Assembly: GCA_964248365.1 (NCBI GenBank)
Contig: CAXTYC010000004.1
Location: forward strand, 204,453 to 268,452
Source of the DNA: an uncultured Chroococcidiopsis sp.
GTDB lineage: Bacteria > Cyanobacteriota > Cyanobacteriia > Cyanobacteriales > Chroococcidiopsidaceae
DNA: 64,000 bases
Direction of reading: 5' to 3'
Positions 30,078-41,311 of this stretch are shown here, piece after piece. Below the pieces are notes generated by a model that made no database searches, had not been told where the DNA came from, and worked only from the letters and a program-made list of their open reading frames with translations. Each line of letters begins with the position of its first letter. The stretch's first letter is position 1. Both the position numbers and the translations under genes were made by a program.

Positions 30078-31463
30078 TTATATGGTTTGTCCGATTTCTT
30101 TGGTAGTATCGGCTTCCAAGGTTGGTACGGGAGGGGTGTCTGTTTTTTCGCCTGCTGGTAGCCAGCTAAGGAATGGTAGGGGTAATAAAGTAGAAACGTT
30201 GGTGATTACGACCAGTAGCCAGAGCAAATCAAAGTTATCCTGGGTAATACCAAACCATCGCATCATGAATGCGCCAAATTGATAGGAAAAAAGCGAAGCT
30301 AGATTGTTTACAGACATCAAAAGGGCAAACAAGGTAGCTTCTACCCCTGGTGGACATAGCCTTGCTGCTAGTACCAAAACGGGCATATAGGCAATTTGTC
30401 CCATGACAGTCAGGATAAGACTATCACCTAAGCTAAACCAGCGATCGTCAATACCTAAACTGCGGTTAGCGTGAGTTACTAGTAGCAGCATACTCATGCC
30501 TAAAACCGCTGATAGCACTGTACTCCAACCGAATATGACGCGGAAGGGTATGGTTTTGAGGTAGCGCTGGAAGATCCAAACACCTACCAGTGAGGCAATA
30601 CTTGTTACCAAGCGCACTCGTCCTAAAAACTCTGGTTCAAATCTCAATTCGTTGGTGGAAAAGAAGAAGAAAGCAGCGTCAGCAGTTGGGGTGGCTTGCC
30701 AAATAAAGATAAAAGCAGCGGGTAGCCAAATTGATTTTTGCGAGATGGCTTGACGTAATTGTTTCAGTTGACTGCTGGCTGTTGACCAATTGCTATGTCT
30801 TTGGGCTGATGCAGTTTTGTTAACTGGTGTCTCTGCAATCACCCAAGCAACTGCTGAGATAATTAAGGGAAAAGTTGCTGTAATTAAAAATACATTGCGG
30901 GTGGTTAAATGCTGTAGCAGCCAACCGCTCAAATAAGCGGTAATTAAACCCCCAAAAGCCGAAGTTCCCCAGCACAGTGATTGGAGAGATCCAGCTTCAG
31001 CCTGAGATTCTGCTCTTGCTCGTTCTACAATTAGCGAGTCAACGATCACATCACTGATAGCAACCGAAAGAGAACTCAGGGTAATCGCCGCTACAGCTGC
31101 CATCGGTGAATGAACCAGTTTTGCTAGACTTACCCAAGCGATCGTTCCCAGGATGCCTGATAATACCAGGTAAGGTCGCCGCCGATAGCCAAAAATCGGT
31201 AAACCATCGGAGATAAATCCAAATACTGGCTTAATAATCCAGGGTAGAGCCACAATTCCAAACAGGGAAGACACATCTGCCGGAGTTAGCCCTAATTCAT
31301 CTTTGAGGAAAAAGCTCACCGCGAGGCGAGACAACCCCAATATTCCCTGAACAAAGTAAACAGTAAGTATGGCGATTAATTCGGTACTAGGTTCTTGACC
31401 GAAGAAAACTTTTTCTTTTACTGAGTCTTTTACCTTGGACAAGCCAGAGGATGAAATCAGCAT
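30078..31463 (-). CDS. Folate/biopterin transporter (FBT/BT1, MFS)
   Basis: VYFVQG, PWIIKPVFGFISD, GYRRRPY, LCPPGVEATLFALLMS. Confidence 0.92.
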   Translation of the reverse strand: MLISSSGLSKVKDSVKEKVFFGQEPSTELIAILTVYFVQGILGLSRLAVSFFLKDELGLTPADVSSLFGIVALPWIIKPVFGFISDGLPIFGYRRRPYLVLSGILGTIAWVSLAKLVHSPMAAVAAITLSSLSVAISDVIVDSLIVERARAESQAEAGSLQSLCWGTSAFGGLITAYLSGWLLQHLTTRNVFLITATFPLIISAVAWVIAETPVNKTASAQRHSNWSTASSQLKQLRQAISQKSIWLPAAFIFIWQATPTADAAFFFFSTNELRFEPEFLGRVRLVTSIASLVGVWIFQRYLKTIPFRVIFGWSTVLSAVLGMSMLLLVTHANRSLGIDDRWFSLGDSLILTVMGQIAYMPVLVLAARLCPPGVEATLFALLMSVNNLASLFSYQFGAFMMRWFGITQDNFDLLWLLVVITNVSTLLPLPFLSWLPAGEKTDTPPVPTLEADTTKEIGQTI

Positions 31464-31599
31464 TGATAAACATTCTTTAAGAATTATCGACTTTTATATC
31501 ATACTCATTTAGCTGCTGATGCCTACCTTAAGGGCGATCGCACTTTCACAGTTACCAGTTGTCAGTTACCAGTTATCGACACAATACGGTAAGGCGAAT

Positions 31600-32241
31600 T
31601 TATATAACGCCTTTGGAACTAGGAATTGTACCAGCCCGACGAGGATCAATTTCTACTGCCATGCGAAGACTTCGCGCAAATGCTTTGAATGTCGCCTCAA
31701 TAATATGGTGTGAGTTGATTCCATCTAGCTGGCGAATATGCAGGGTCATCTGACTGTGGTTGACTATTGCGACAAAAAATTCCCGCACTAGCTGGGTATC
31801 GTAAGTACCTACTCGCTGGGTGGGAATTTGCAAGCCATAGCTCAAATGGGGTCTTCCTGAGAAATCGAGCGCAACTTGAATTAAGGCTTCATCTAGAGGA
31901 GCGAGGAAATTACCAAAGCGGACAATTCCCTTGCGATCGCCTAGTGCTTTACTCAATGCTTGTCCCAATGTAATCCCTACATCTTCATTGGTGTGGTGAT
32001 CGTCAATTTCTATATCGCCTTTCGCCTTGACTTCCAAGTCAATCAGCCCATGAGAGGCGATTTGATGTAGCATATGGTCTAAAAACGGAACCCCAGTGGC
32101 GGCGGTGCATTTACCTGTACCATCCAAATTTAGCCCAACTTGAACATCTGTTTCGCCTGTAGTTCGGCGGATAGAAGCAGTACGAAGGGCTATCGTCTCG
32201 TTGTTGAGTGATGATAAAAGCTGGCGATCGCTTGTCTGCAT
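31600..32241 (-). CDS. hisB: Imidazoleglycerol-phosphate dehydratase
   Basis: [35 protein letters not shown]. Confidence 0.97.
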   Translation of the reverse strand: MQTSDRQLLSSLNNETIALRTASIRRTTGETDVQVGLNLDGTGKCTAATGVPFLDHMLHQIASHGLIDLEVKAKGDIEIDDHHTNEDVGITLGQALSKALGDRKGIVRFGNFLAPLDEALIQVALDFSGRPHLSYGLQIPTQRVGTYDTQLVREFFVAIVNHSQMTLHIRQLDGINSHHIIEATFKAFARSLRMAVEIDPRRAGTIPSSKGVI

Positions 32242-32490
32242 TACACCTACTAGATAGGAAAATTTGAGTATATTATCTCATCCTACCTAACTGATACCCA
32301 GCCGAACACGGTGGCATTTTTTCCGTTTAATGCTCGACTTTCGGGTATTTTTCTGCTATCATTTTTTATAATGGAAATATTTGCCAAAATTTTTATTAAG
32401 CACAGATTTCCATTATTTAATTATAGCCTTCAAGCTAGGGAAAGCGCAACCAAAAGTTAACATTTTTTGGTCGCGGCAAAGAAAAAGGAG

Positions 32491-33267
32491 TTACATACCC
32501 ATAATTTCGTAACCAGCATCCACATACAAGATTTGACCAGTGATGCCGCTTGCTAGATCGCTACACAAGAAAGCAGCAGCGTTGCCCACTTCGATCTGAG
32601 TGACTGTACGCCGCAGGGGGGCTAGTTCTTCGACATGATGGATCATGTCTAAAATGCCACCAACTGCTGAAGAAGCTAGAGTGCGAATTGGACCTGCTGA
32701 AATAGCATTCACCCTAATATTTTGCTGCCCAAGTTCTGATGCTAGGTAACGTACACTCATTTCTAACCCAGCTTTGGCGACTCCCATGACATTGTAGTTA
32801 GGAATTGCCCGTACACCACCTAGATAAGTAAGTGTGACGATACTACCACCCTCTGTCATTAAGGGTTTAGCTGCTCCACTCAGTTGAATCAGAGAGTAAG
32901 TACTGATTTCTAAAGCCTTGGTAAAACCTGAGCGTGAGGTATTGCTAAAATCCCCACTTAAATCTTCTCTATCAGCAAAGGCGAGGCAATGGATGAGAAT
33001 ATCTAACGATCCCCACTTATCACGGATGGCATCGAAAGTAGAGGCTATTTGAGCATCATTCTGGACATCGCAGGGAACAAACAAGCTGGGGTTGAGCGGT
33101 TGTACTAGCTCGGCGACTTTTGTCTCCATCCGCCCTCGCTCGTCCGGTAAATAGGTAATACCCAAATTGGCTCCGGCTTTGTGCAGTTGTTGGGCAATGC
33201 CCCAAGCGATCGAGCGATTATTGGCGATGCCAGTGACAAGGGCATTTTTTCCGGTTAAATCTAGCAT
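32491..33267 (-). CDS. fabI: Enoyl-ACP reductase
   Basis: GIANNRSIAWGIA, YNVMGVAKA, NAISAGPIRTLAS. Confidence 0.97.
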   Translation of the reverse strand: MLDLTGKNALVTGIANNRSIAWGIAQQLHKAGANLGITYLPDERGRMETKVAELVQPLNPSLFVPCDVQNDAQIASTFDAIRDKWGSLDILIHCLAFADREDLSGDFSNTSRSGFTKALEISTYSLIQLSGAAKPLMTEGGSIVTLTYLGGVRAIPNYNVMGVAKAGLEMSVRYLASELGQQNIRVNAISAGPIRTLASSAVGGILDMIHHVEELAPLRRTVTQIEVGNAAAFLCSDLASGITGQILYVDAGYEIMGM

Positions 33268-33943
33268 AAGAGTCTATCAATTTTGGATGAGCGGATTTTA
33301 GATAATTGAATTGTCCCTAACGTGTGCTGCGCGATCGCACCTTAGCTAACGGCTTGAGGACTTTGGATCGCTGGATGAATCCATAATCTAAAATTGGGCA
33401 GTCAATTAGCAAACCCATTAGGAGCATACTTGAAAAGGTGGTAGATTTTTCAGTTACTGCTTTGTGCAAAAAGTGATATAAAGATATATATTTTTACTAT
33501 TCTCGCTTAAGATATATTGACAAGATGTTTTGAGTAAAACAAGTAACAATTTGAGAGTAGAGCGCGAGAGGCGAGAGGTACGAGGCGCTCGTGCGAGAGG
33601 TTAACCCCATATATAAATCTAGGAAATTGAATAATGATGCTACGCAATTCTATTCCTCCACCAATAAATTCGCTTTCTTCAAACCTTAGGGGCAACAGAC
33701 AAAAGATATAGAATCGAATTGCCTCTTGCCCCTTGCCCCTTGCCTGCTTGGCGAGGAAAGTGTTTTCTTGAGATCGGATTCCCGATAAGTCAAACATTTT
33801 GTAGCAAGTACGTGGGAAAACTTTATAAGTCTGATTAACTGTAATAAATCCCCAAATCACGACTCTTCTGGATTTTTGGTTTGTAGGATTGTTTATTAAT
33901 TTATCTGGTGTAAATTTTACAGACATCGGTAAGGGCAAAGGAT

Positions 33944-34615
33944 ATGGTCGTGACGCAAGATAGACCGCTAGCTCAAGTGTTCCGTCAGGTGGGATCTAGC
34001 TCATTTCCGCCAGTGGTGGAAGTTTTTGAACGAGGCAAAACAATTTTTTTCCCTGGAGACCCAGCGGAACGGGTCTATTTTTTGCTGAAAGGGGCGGTGA
34101 AACTTTCCAGGGTTTACGAGGCAGGAGAAGAAATTACGGTAGCGCTGCTACGAGAAAATAGTGTTTTCGGAGTGCTGTCGCTGTTAACGGGGAACCGTTC
34201 GGATCGCTTTTATCATGCGGTAGCTTTTACGCCAGTGGAGTTGTTATCAGCGCCAATTGAGCAAGTAGAGCAAGCACTCAAGGACAATCCAGAGTTGTCG
34301 ATGTTAATGTTGCGGGGGCTTTCATCGCGGATTTTACAGACAGAGATGATGATTGAAACGTTGGCTCACCGAGATATGGGTTCGCGCTTGGTGAGTTTTC
34401 TGCTGATTTTGTGCCGCGATTTTGGTGTTCCAAGTAGCGATGGAATTACGATCGATCTGAAACTTTCTCACCAGGCGATCGCCGAAGCAATTGGCTCTAC
34501 CCGTGTTACTGTCACCCGCTTGTTAGGCGACTTACGAGACGGTAATATGATTTCAATTCACAAAAAGAAAATTACTGTTCACAATCCAGTAGCCCTAAGC
34601 CAGCAGTTTACTTAG
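33944..34615 (+). CDS. ntcA: Global nitrogen regulator NtcA (CRP family)
   Basis: [68 protein letters not shown]. Confidence 0.98.
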   Translation: MVVTQDRPLAQVFRQVGSSSFPPVVEVFERGKTIFFPGDPAERVYFLLKGAVKLSRVYEAGEEITVALLRENSVFGVLSLLTGNRSDRFYHAVAFTPVELLSAPIEQVEQALKDNPELSMLMLRGLSSRILQTEMMIETLAHRDMGSRLVSFLLILCRDFGVPSSDGITIDLKLSHQAIAEAIGSTRVTVTRLLGDLRDGNMISIHKKKITVHNPVALSQQFT

Positions 34616-34616
34616 G

Positions 34617-34707
34617 GGCTAGTGGAACCAGTGGCTGGTGGCTAGAAAAGTGACAAGTTACCAGGTGGCTAGTGGAACCAGTGGCTGGTGGCTAGAAAAG
34701 TAACAAG
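34617..34707. repeat. Direct repeat with 50-bp period downstream of ntcA
   Basis: GGCTAGTGGAACCAGTGGCTGGTGGCTAGAAAAGT at 34617 and 34667. Confidence 0.8.
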
Positions 34708-34867
34708 GATGAAGGATGAAGGCGCGAACTGTGAAATGTAAAAAGGTTCAGTTTCAGCTTTTAACCTCTCGGTTTTACCCCATTGTCTGTCTAGTCACTA
34801 GCCACTAGCTACTAGCCACTAGATTATTAAGGTAGGCTGGATCTGGATCGGTAGATAACAGTTAGAA

Positions 34868-36466
34868 ATGTCCACCGGATTTCTCTGGATTGCAGTAATT
34901 TTAATTTTAGGGGGGGTGATCGCAACGGTGGGCGATCGCTTGGGAACGCGAGTTGGAAAAGCGCGTCTGTCGCTGTTTAAGATGCGCCCCCGCCGGACAG
35001 CTACCTTCGTTACGATCATAACTGGTAGTATCATTTCCGCCTCGACCTGGGGGATTTTATTGACTGTAGACCAAAGATTGCGAACTGGAGTTTTTGAAAT
35101 TGGCAGGATTCAAAAAGAACTGGGTCGCAAACGTGTGCAGCTCGACATTACTCGTCAGCAATTAGAAGCCACTAATAAACAAAAAACTATTGTAGAGCAA
35201 GAACTAGTCCAAGCCAGAACCGAACAAAAGCAACAACAAATAGAGGCACAAAAACAGCAAGCAGCAGCTCAAAAACGCTTGGCACAAATTAATCAGTCTT
35301 TGCGCAGTGCACTTAGCAAACAAATCAAAACTCAGGCACAACTTAATCGTACCAAAGGTCAACTGGGTCAAATCACATCTCAGTTTCAGAAAGCCTCTTC
35401 CCAACTGGGTACTGTTTCCCAACAAGCGCGTAAGCTACGAGTTGAAATTAAACAAAGTCAGACGGAACTACAAAAACTGATCGCCCAACGTAACGAACTT
35501 AAAGCAACAATTGCTCAGCGCGATCGCGCGATCGCCCTTCTCGATCAAGAAATTGGGCAGCGCGATCGCGCTATTGCTTCACGTAACCTGGTAATTGCTA
35601 GACGGGAAGCTCGCCTCAAGCAACTGGAAAAACAACAGCAATACCTGGAGCGAGAAGCGTTAATTTTAGGAAGCTACTTACAACAGTTGCGTCAAGGCAA
35701 CTTTGCCTTGTTTCGGGGTCAAGTACTTGCGGATAGAGTAGTTCGCATTATCAAACGCTCTGCTGCACGGGAAGCTGTTGATGAAATTCTGCGGGAAGCC
35801 AACCGAACTGCCATCGAGTTGACTCAGCCAGGAGTCGAGCAAGTAACTGAGCAGGTAGTTCAACCCTCAGAGTTACAAGTTAAACGACTGATTTCACAAA
35901 TTGATGACGGTCGTGACTACTATGTGCAAATTCTCTCAGCTAATAACTATCTTGTTGGGGAAAAGTCAGTACAAATTTTGACTGTGGTAAATCTTAATCA
36001 ACGAGTTTTTCCAGCAGGCTATGTCTTGGCTAGAATTACTGCCAATCCAAAGACTATGACAGCAGAGGAGCTACGGCGACGAGTAGAACTACTGCTGGGG
36101 GCTTCTAAATTCAGCGCACAGCAGGCGGGGATCATGGGAGATACGATCCAGGTTGCAGACAATCGCATTCAAACTTTGATTCGTTTTTTAGAGCAACTGG
36201 GGCAGTACAATCAAGCAGTGGAACTCAAAGCGATCGCAACTGAGGACACATACACCGCTGGACCTTTAAAAGTCGAACTGCTGGCGGTTGAAGGTGGACG
36301 AGTTCTTTTTAGTACCCAAATTGAGCACAGGATAAGAGCGCCACTTGCACCCACACCTAAACCTCAACTCCCATCATCTATTAGATCAACACCAAGGAGA
36401 GGGGGAGAGGGAGAGAGGGAGATAGGGCCACAGGGGCAGAGGGGCAAAGGGGCAGAGGGGAGATAA
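34868..36466 (+). CDS. DUF3084 domain coiled-coil membrane protein
   Basis: GGVIATVGDRLGTRVGKARLSLF..RPRRTA; long coiled coil; usual position after ntcA. Confidence 0.85.
   Translation: MSTGFLWIAVILILGGVIATVGDRLGTRVGKARLSLFKMRPRRTATFVTIITGSIISASTWGILLTVDQRLRTGVFEIGRIQKELGRKRVQLDITRQQLEATNKQKTIVEQELVQARTEQKQQQIEAQKQQAAAQKRLAQINQSLRSALSKQIKTQAQLNRTKGQLGQITSQFQKASSQLGTVSQQARKLRVEIKQSQTELQKLIAQRNELKATIAQRDRAIALLDQEIGQRDRAIASRNLVIARREARLKQLEKQQQYLEREALILGSYLQQLRQGNFALFRGQVLADRVVRIIKRSAAREAVDEILREANRTAIELTQPGVEQVTEQVVQPSELQVKRLISQIDDGRDYYVQILSANNYLVGEKSVQILTVVNLNQRVFPAGYVLARITANPKTMTAEELRRRVELLLGASKFSAQQAGIMGDTIQVADNRIQTLIRFLEQLGQYNQAVELKAIATEDTYTAGPLKVELLAVEGGRVLFSTQIEHRIRAPLAPTPKPQLPSSIRSTPRRGGEGEREIGPQGQRGKGAEGR
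35520..35569. repeat. HIP1 octamer cluster (example; GCGATCGC recurs throughout the window)
   Basis: GCGATCGC at 35520, 35528 and 35562. Confidence 0.9.
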
Positions 36467-36542
36467 ATATAATTACGAATTATCTCTTCCCTTTTCCCTT
36501 TCACCAATTACCAATTCCATTATCTAAAATCTAAAATCCAAA

Positions 36543-36947
36543 ATGGTAGAGACTATGATCCTGGGTTTTGATCCAGGGCGGGATAAGTGTGGGATAGCCG
36601 TAGTGGGGCGATCGCGAAAGCTGTATTATCATCAAGTTGTGGCAGGGCGGGAGGCGATCGCCACTATTGCACACCTTAGACAGCAGTTTCCGATTTCCTT
36701 GATAGTAATGGGCGATCAAACAGGGGCTAAACGCTGGCAACAAAAATTTATACAGGAATTACCACCAATATCTATCGTCATGGTAGATGAACGCTACACC
36801 AGCTTAGAAGCACGGGATCGCTATTGGCAGATGTACCCCCCTACAGGTTTGTCCCGACTAATACCACAAGGAATGCGACAACCACCGCGACCAGTAGATG
36901 ATATTGTTGCTATTTTGCTAATCGAAAAATACTTAAGTAACTCGTAA
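36543..36947 (+). CDS. yqgF: YqgF/RuvX family nuclease
   Basis: ILGFDPGRDKCG, VMGD, VDERYTSLEA, VDDIVA; alternative start at 36555. Confidence 0.85.
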   Translation: MVETMILGFDPGRDKCGIAVVGRSRKLYYHQVVAGREAIATIAHLRQQFPISLIVMGDQTGAKRWQQKFIQELPPISIVMVDERYTSLEARDRYWQMYPPTGLSRLIPQGMRQPPRPVDDIVAILLIEKYLSNS

Positions 36948-37050
36948 TTCGTGAGGAGTTGTGAAGTTGTGAAGTTGTGAAGTTGTGAATTCACAAATTA
37001 ATGATTCTCCCCCTCACCCACTTTCCCTAGCCCCTAGCCCCTAGCCCCTC

Positions 37051-37314
37051 CTAAAGTTCTGCCCGAATAGTAAAAGCGTAGTCTCCTCCTGGTTCTAGTT
37101 GATAATCTCGTTGTTCCAAAAAACGTCCAAGGGGTTCTTGAATTAAAGCCCGACCTTGAGACGGTTTAACAGATAGCTGACCTAGGCGAAAATGCCACTG
37201 AAAGTACCATTCAAACTCGCCAGCTCTGACTTCTCCCTCAAGAAAGCCATGTTGCCAGGATTGTCGCGTGATCCTGACATAGGCAATGGTTTCTGGCAAA
37301 CGCTTACCACTCAC
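37051..37314 (-). CDS. DUF3146 family protein
   Basis: LPETIAYVRITRQSW...GRALIQEPLGRFLE..DYQLEPGGDY; GTG start inferred. Confidence 0.8.
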   Translation of the reverse strand: MSGKRLPETIAYVRITRQSWQHGFLEGEVRAGEFEWYFQWHFRLGQLSVKPSQGRALIQEPLGRFLEQRDYQLEPGGDYAFTIRAEL

Positions 37315-37419
37315 AATTATCGCTACCGCTGTTGAATGCTTTAGGGCGTGTTCTATTCCCCACGATACCAAACCCAACAACAGCCAGAGTTATTTTGATT
37401 AGGATCAACAAAGGAAAAT

Positions 37420-37550
37420 CAGTTACCAGTTACCAGTTATCAGTTACCAGTTATCAGTTATCAGTTACCAGTTATCAGTTATCAGTTACCAGTTACCAAC
37501 TACCAACTACCAACTACCAATCTTTAAATCTAAAATCTAAAATCTAAAAT
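37420..37550. repeat. STRR heptamer array
   Basis: (CAGTTAC/CAGTTAT)n, then (CAACTAC)n and (TCTAAAA)n. Confidence 0.85.
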
Positions 37551-37566
37551 CCCCGAATCCCTAGTT

Positions 37567-39057
37567 ATGTCTTCTACACTACCCGAACCAAATCCCCATC
37601 CGCCCCAGACAAATTTCGACTCTGAACTAGAAAGTGCGATTTGGAGTTTTGAAGATATTCAGGCGGAACTGAATTATAAACTTGCCCGTGATACTCTACG
37701 AGAATTAGTAACCAATCTTGACCTCACGCCCCAGGAAAAAGATGGGCTGGAGGCAGAAATTACCCAGTTAGAAACGATGCTGGAGAATTTAGAGGGGCGA
37801 GTAGTGCAAATCGCCGTATTTGGCATGGTGGGGCGGGGTAAGTCTTCTTTACTCAATGCCTTGCTGGGACGTACAGTGTTTGAAACAGGTCCGCTTCACG
37901 GTGTTACCCGCAATAGTGAACGGGCAAGCTGGGGTATTAGTGAGGAGATGGTTGGAGAATGCGATCGCTATCTCAAAGTCACTCTGCCTGGAGTTTCCCA
38001 GTCGCAGGTAGAACTAATTGATACTCCTGGTTTGGATGAAGTAAATGGTGAAACAAGAGCCATTTTAGCCCAGCGAGTTGCCGCAGGGGCAGATCTAATT
38101 TTATTTGTAGTCGCAGGTGACATCACCTCTGTGGAACACGCAACACTTTCCCAACTGCGAGAAGCAGGCAAACCAATCTTGCTTGTGTTCAATAAAATCG
38201 ACCAGTATCCCCAAGCAGATCGGATGGCGATATATCACAAAATCCGAGATGAGCGAGTAAAAGAGTTACTCTCACCCGATGAAATTGTCATGGCAGCTGC
38301 TTCACCTCTGTCGAAAAAAGCAATTGTGCGTCCCGATGGTAGTAGGGGTGTTCAGGTTAGTTCTAGTAAACCCCAAGTCGAAGAGCTAAAGTTAAAAATC
38401 TTAGAAATTTTGCATCGGGAAGGAAAAGCTTTAGTCGCCCTAAACACGATGCTCTATGCCGACAATGTAAATGAACAATTGTTAGCACGCAAACTAGAGA
38501 TTCGAGAAAATAGCGCTAACTCGATCATTTGGCGCGCAGTGATGACAAAGGCAGTAGCGATCGCACTCAACCCACTCACCCTTGTCGATCTTCTGTGCGC
38601 CACTGTAATTGATCTCACCCTTATCTTGACTTTATCTAAATTATATGGTATAGACATGACTCAAACAGACGCGCTCAAACTGCTACAAAAAATCGCCTTG
38701 AGTATGGGTGGCATTAGTGCCAGCGAACTGTTGGCGAATTTGGGCTTGAGTGGGCTGAAAAGTTTACTTGGTCTATCTGCAACTGCAACGGGTGGCGTTG
38801 CCCTTGCTCCCTATTTATCTGTAGCCATTACTCAAGCGGGGGTAGCTGGTGTTTCTTCCTATGGCATTGGACAAGTCACCAAAGCTTATTTAGCAAGGGG
38901 AGCAACTTGGGGACCAGATGGACCTAAAGCCGTCGTCAGCCGCATTATAGAATCCCTAGATGAAACCTCCATTCTCAACCGCATCAAAGATGAATTAGTT
39001 GCAAAATTAGGGGTGAGGGGTGAGGGGAAAGGGAAAAGGGAAAAGGTTGAAGGTTGA
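37567..39057 (+). CDS. GTP-binding protein with DUF697 domain
   Basis: G1 GMVGRGKS, G3 DTPG, G4 NKID; hydrophobic C-terminal DUF697. Confidence 0.85.
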   Translation: MSSTLPEPNPHPPQTNFDSELESAIWSFEDIQAELNYKLARDTLRELVTNLDLTPQEKDGLEAEITQLETMLENLEGRVVQIAVFGMVGRGKSSLLNALLGRTVFETGPLHGVTRNSERASWGISEEMVGECDRYLKVTLPGVSQSQVELIDTPGLDEVNGETRAILAQRVAAGADLILFVVAGDITSVEHATLSQLREAGKPILLVFNKIDQYPQADRMAIYHKIRDERVKELLSPDEIVMAAASPLSKKAIVRPDGSRGVQVSSSKPQVEELKLKILEILHREGKALVALNTMLYADNVNEQLLARKLEIRENSANSIIWRAVMTKAVAIALNPLTLVDLLCATVIDLTLILTLSKLYGIDMTQTDALKLLQKIALSMGGISASELLANLGLSGLKSLLGLSATATGGVALAPYLSVAITQAGVAGVSSYGIGQVTKAYLARGATWGPDGPKAVVSRIIESLDETSILNRIKDELVAKLGVRGEGKGKREKVEG

Positions 39058-39132
39058 AGGATAAAGGTTGAAGGTTGAGATTTCATACTTCTAACTTCAT
39101 ACTTCTAACTTCTCTCACCCCTCACCCCTCTT

Positions 39133-40950
39133 TTAGGCTTGCGGTGGTTGATTACGTTTTGATTTGAAAGATCCTAGCAATTCTCGCACTTGCTCACCTG
39201 CAACATCGCGGCTACCTAAACCAAAGGCGATCGCACTGGCGACAGCGATCGCACCTAGTAGCAATCCAAAGGCTAAATTAACGATATCGCCAGCGATGCC
39301 TATTTGTCGCAGTGCCAAAGCTGAGACAAAGACGATGATCGCAATACGGGCTACTTGTGCCAAGATTCGGGCTTGGCGATCGCCGGAACTGGCAATAATG
39401 TTATAAACCAGATTTGCCAGGAATAGACCAATGGCAAACACGATTAATCCTGCCAGAATTTGCCCGAATATGACGATAATGCCGCTGACTAATGCTGTCA
39501 GCGCGGCAATGCCCAGGATATTAACTGCTGTCACTGTAGCAAACAGCATAATTCCGACTAAAACAATGATGCCCACAACTTCCGATGGCGTACGAGCTGC
39601 CATTTGCACTGCTGTGGTATCAGATTGAATTACAGTTTGTTGTCCAGTCGTAGGCGGGATTTGTTGCCCAGGAGGCGAGGCTACTGCCGGATCTTGATAT
39701 CTGGGTGGCTGTGTAGTTCTACGTTGTCTAGCTGGTGTTGGTAAACCCAGGACTGAGAAGATGTTGTTAAAGCCAATGCTAGTGAGAATGTTTGTCACCA
39801 GATCCGCCACAAAGCGTCCCAGGAAATAAGCTACAATCAAAATCAACGCTGCTGTGAAGATCGCAGGTAGAGCGTTGAGAATTTGTTGCAGCATCGAGAT
39901 TGCTGGGTCAGAGATCGCGCGGATTTGCAATTGTTGAAGGGCTGCGATCGCAATCGGAATCAAAATCAAGACATAGACAATTGTGCCAATTATTCCTGAT
40001 AAAGATTGTCCGTCAGCAGTTCTTTGCAGTCCAAACCGAGTCCCCGCAGAGTCAAGACCAGTTGAAGCTAGCAAGTTCGTCACAATTCGGCGCACGATGG
40101 TAGCCAGAAACCATCCAGCAGCAGCAATTAAGACGGCTGCCAAGATATTTGGCAAAGCTGAGAGAATCTGATTAACCAGATTCTGTATTGGTTGTAATGC
40201 CTGCTGTAGATTCAGAGTATCCAAAACTGGAATTAAAAACAGCAAAAATATAAACCAATACAAGGCATTGCCAATTGTATCGCTAAGAGATATCTGGTTT
40301 GGCGGTTGGGTTGTGCCTGCTGGTCGCTGATCTAAACGCTCATCCAGTCTGGCGGCTCGTAATCCCCGCGTTGTTACCAACTTCACCGCTGTTGCTACTA
40401 GCCAAGCGATGCCGAGAATTATAGCTGCACCTAACAATTTGGGAATATAGCCAATTACGGTATTGAGAAATCCTCCCAAAGGACGCGACACTACTTCTAG
40501 TTGCAGTGCGTTTAATACCGCCACGACGGTAAATAGGATGACAATCCAATAGATCAAATTGGCGATAAAGTCTTCTACCCTGGGTAATTCGCTAGTATCC
40601 TGACGACCCATTACCGCAGCAGCAATCCGGTTATCTATGGTTGTACGATTGAGTATGCCGCGCGTGATAGCTTTGGCGATGGATGCAATGATCAAACCTA
40701 TCAGCAGAATCAACACTGCTCCGATCAAATTGGGAATAAAATCCAACAGATTTTGCAGCAGATTTTGCACATAATTCACTCCAGACTGGACAGCTGCGCC
40801 TGTTTGATTCACTCCAGACTGGACAGCTGCGCCTGTGCGATCTACTGGGTTAGCTGGATTTGCTGCTTGTGCCAATAGTTGTGGCAGTTGGATTAGCCCT
40901 CCCAATTCCAAGCCTGTTATCTTAGTTACCTCTTGCCAAATTCCATTCAT
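39133..40950 (-). CDS. MscS-related / CmpX-like membrane protein with TM-helix repeats
   Basis: Repeated PNL(I/L)xAxLILxxG units; C-terminal AFGLGSRDVAG. Confidence 0.8.
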   Translation of the reverse strand: MNGIWQEVTKITGLELGGLIQLPQLLAQAANPANPVDRTGAAVQSGVNQTGAAVQSGVNYVQNLLQNLLDFIPNLIGAVLILLIGLIIASIAKAITRGILNRTTIDNRIAAAVMGRQDTSELPRVEDFIANLIYWIVILFTVVAVLNALQLEVVSRPLGGFLNTVIGYIPKLLGAAIILGIAWLVATAVKLVTTRGLRAARLDERLDQRPAGTTQPPNQISLSDTIGNALYWFIFLLFLIPVLDTLNLQQALQPIQNLVNQILSALPNILAAVLIAAAGWFLATIVRRIVTNLLASTGLDSAGTRFGLQRTADGQSLSGIIGTIVYVLILIPIAIAALQQLQIRAISDPAISMLQQILNALPAIFTAALILIVAYFLGRFVADLVTNILTSIGFNNIFSVLGLPTPARQRRTTQPPRYQDPAVASPPGQQIPPTTGQQTVIQSDTTAVQMAARTPSEVVGIIVLVGIMLFATVTAVNILGIAALTALVSGIIVIFGQILAGLIVFAIGLFLANLVYNIIASSGDRQARILAQVARIAIIVFVSALALRQIGIAGDIVNLAFGLLLGAIAVASAIAFGLGSRDVAGEQVRELLGSFKSKRNQPPQA

Positions 40951-41311
40951 GGTTTTCCTGAGTTAACTGCAAATGTCACGGAGATAATACCAACAGTTTC
41001 TCCTTGATTGAAAGTAGGATTCTGAATCATCCTACAGCTGTGTTGTATTTTTGTATTTAGTCGGTAAATTAGCTAGTAAGTTGAAATATGATTTTCCTAT
41101 ACAGCGTGATGCTTAACTTTCTTGTTACACATCTACCTGAATGAAGAATTTTTCTGGTAAAATCCCTTAATTTCTTGGTTTTTGGTATTCTATCTGACTT
41201 GAAAATTAACAAAAAATCAGCATATTTAAATTTTTGTTCATTAAAATTTCTAATAAGTAAAGCTTTCTTATTTTGTTTTTCCCTCACCCCTTTTCCTCTC
41301 ACCCCTCTTTC

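Noticed and set aside
33268..33943. NtcA autoregulatory boxes and the 143-aa minus-strand ORF upstream of ntcA
   Set aside because: Only imperfect matches found (GTA-N8-AAC at 33534, GTA-N8-TAT at 33883), too weak to call; the ORF runs through repeat DNA
34617..34707. 35-bp repeat pair after ntcA as a mini-CRISPR
   Set aside because: Only two copies, a 15-nt gap that is partly repeated, and built from local STRR-like units
40774..40836. 33-nt tandem duplication in the MscS-like gene (TGAAVQSGVN x2)
   Set aside because: Real, but an ordinary in-frame duplication in a variable N-terminal linker
41027..41042. TCATCC-TACA-GCTGTG upstream of the MscS-like gene as a further stress box
   Set aside because: Weak right half-site and no -10 hexamer at 22-23 nt
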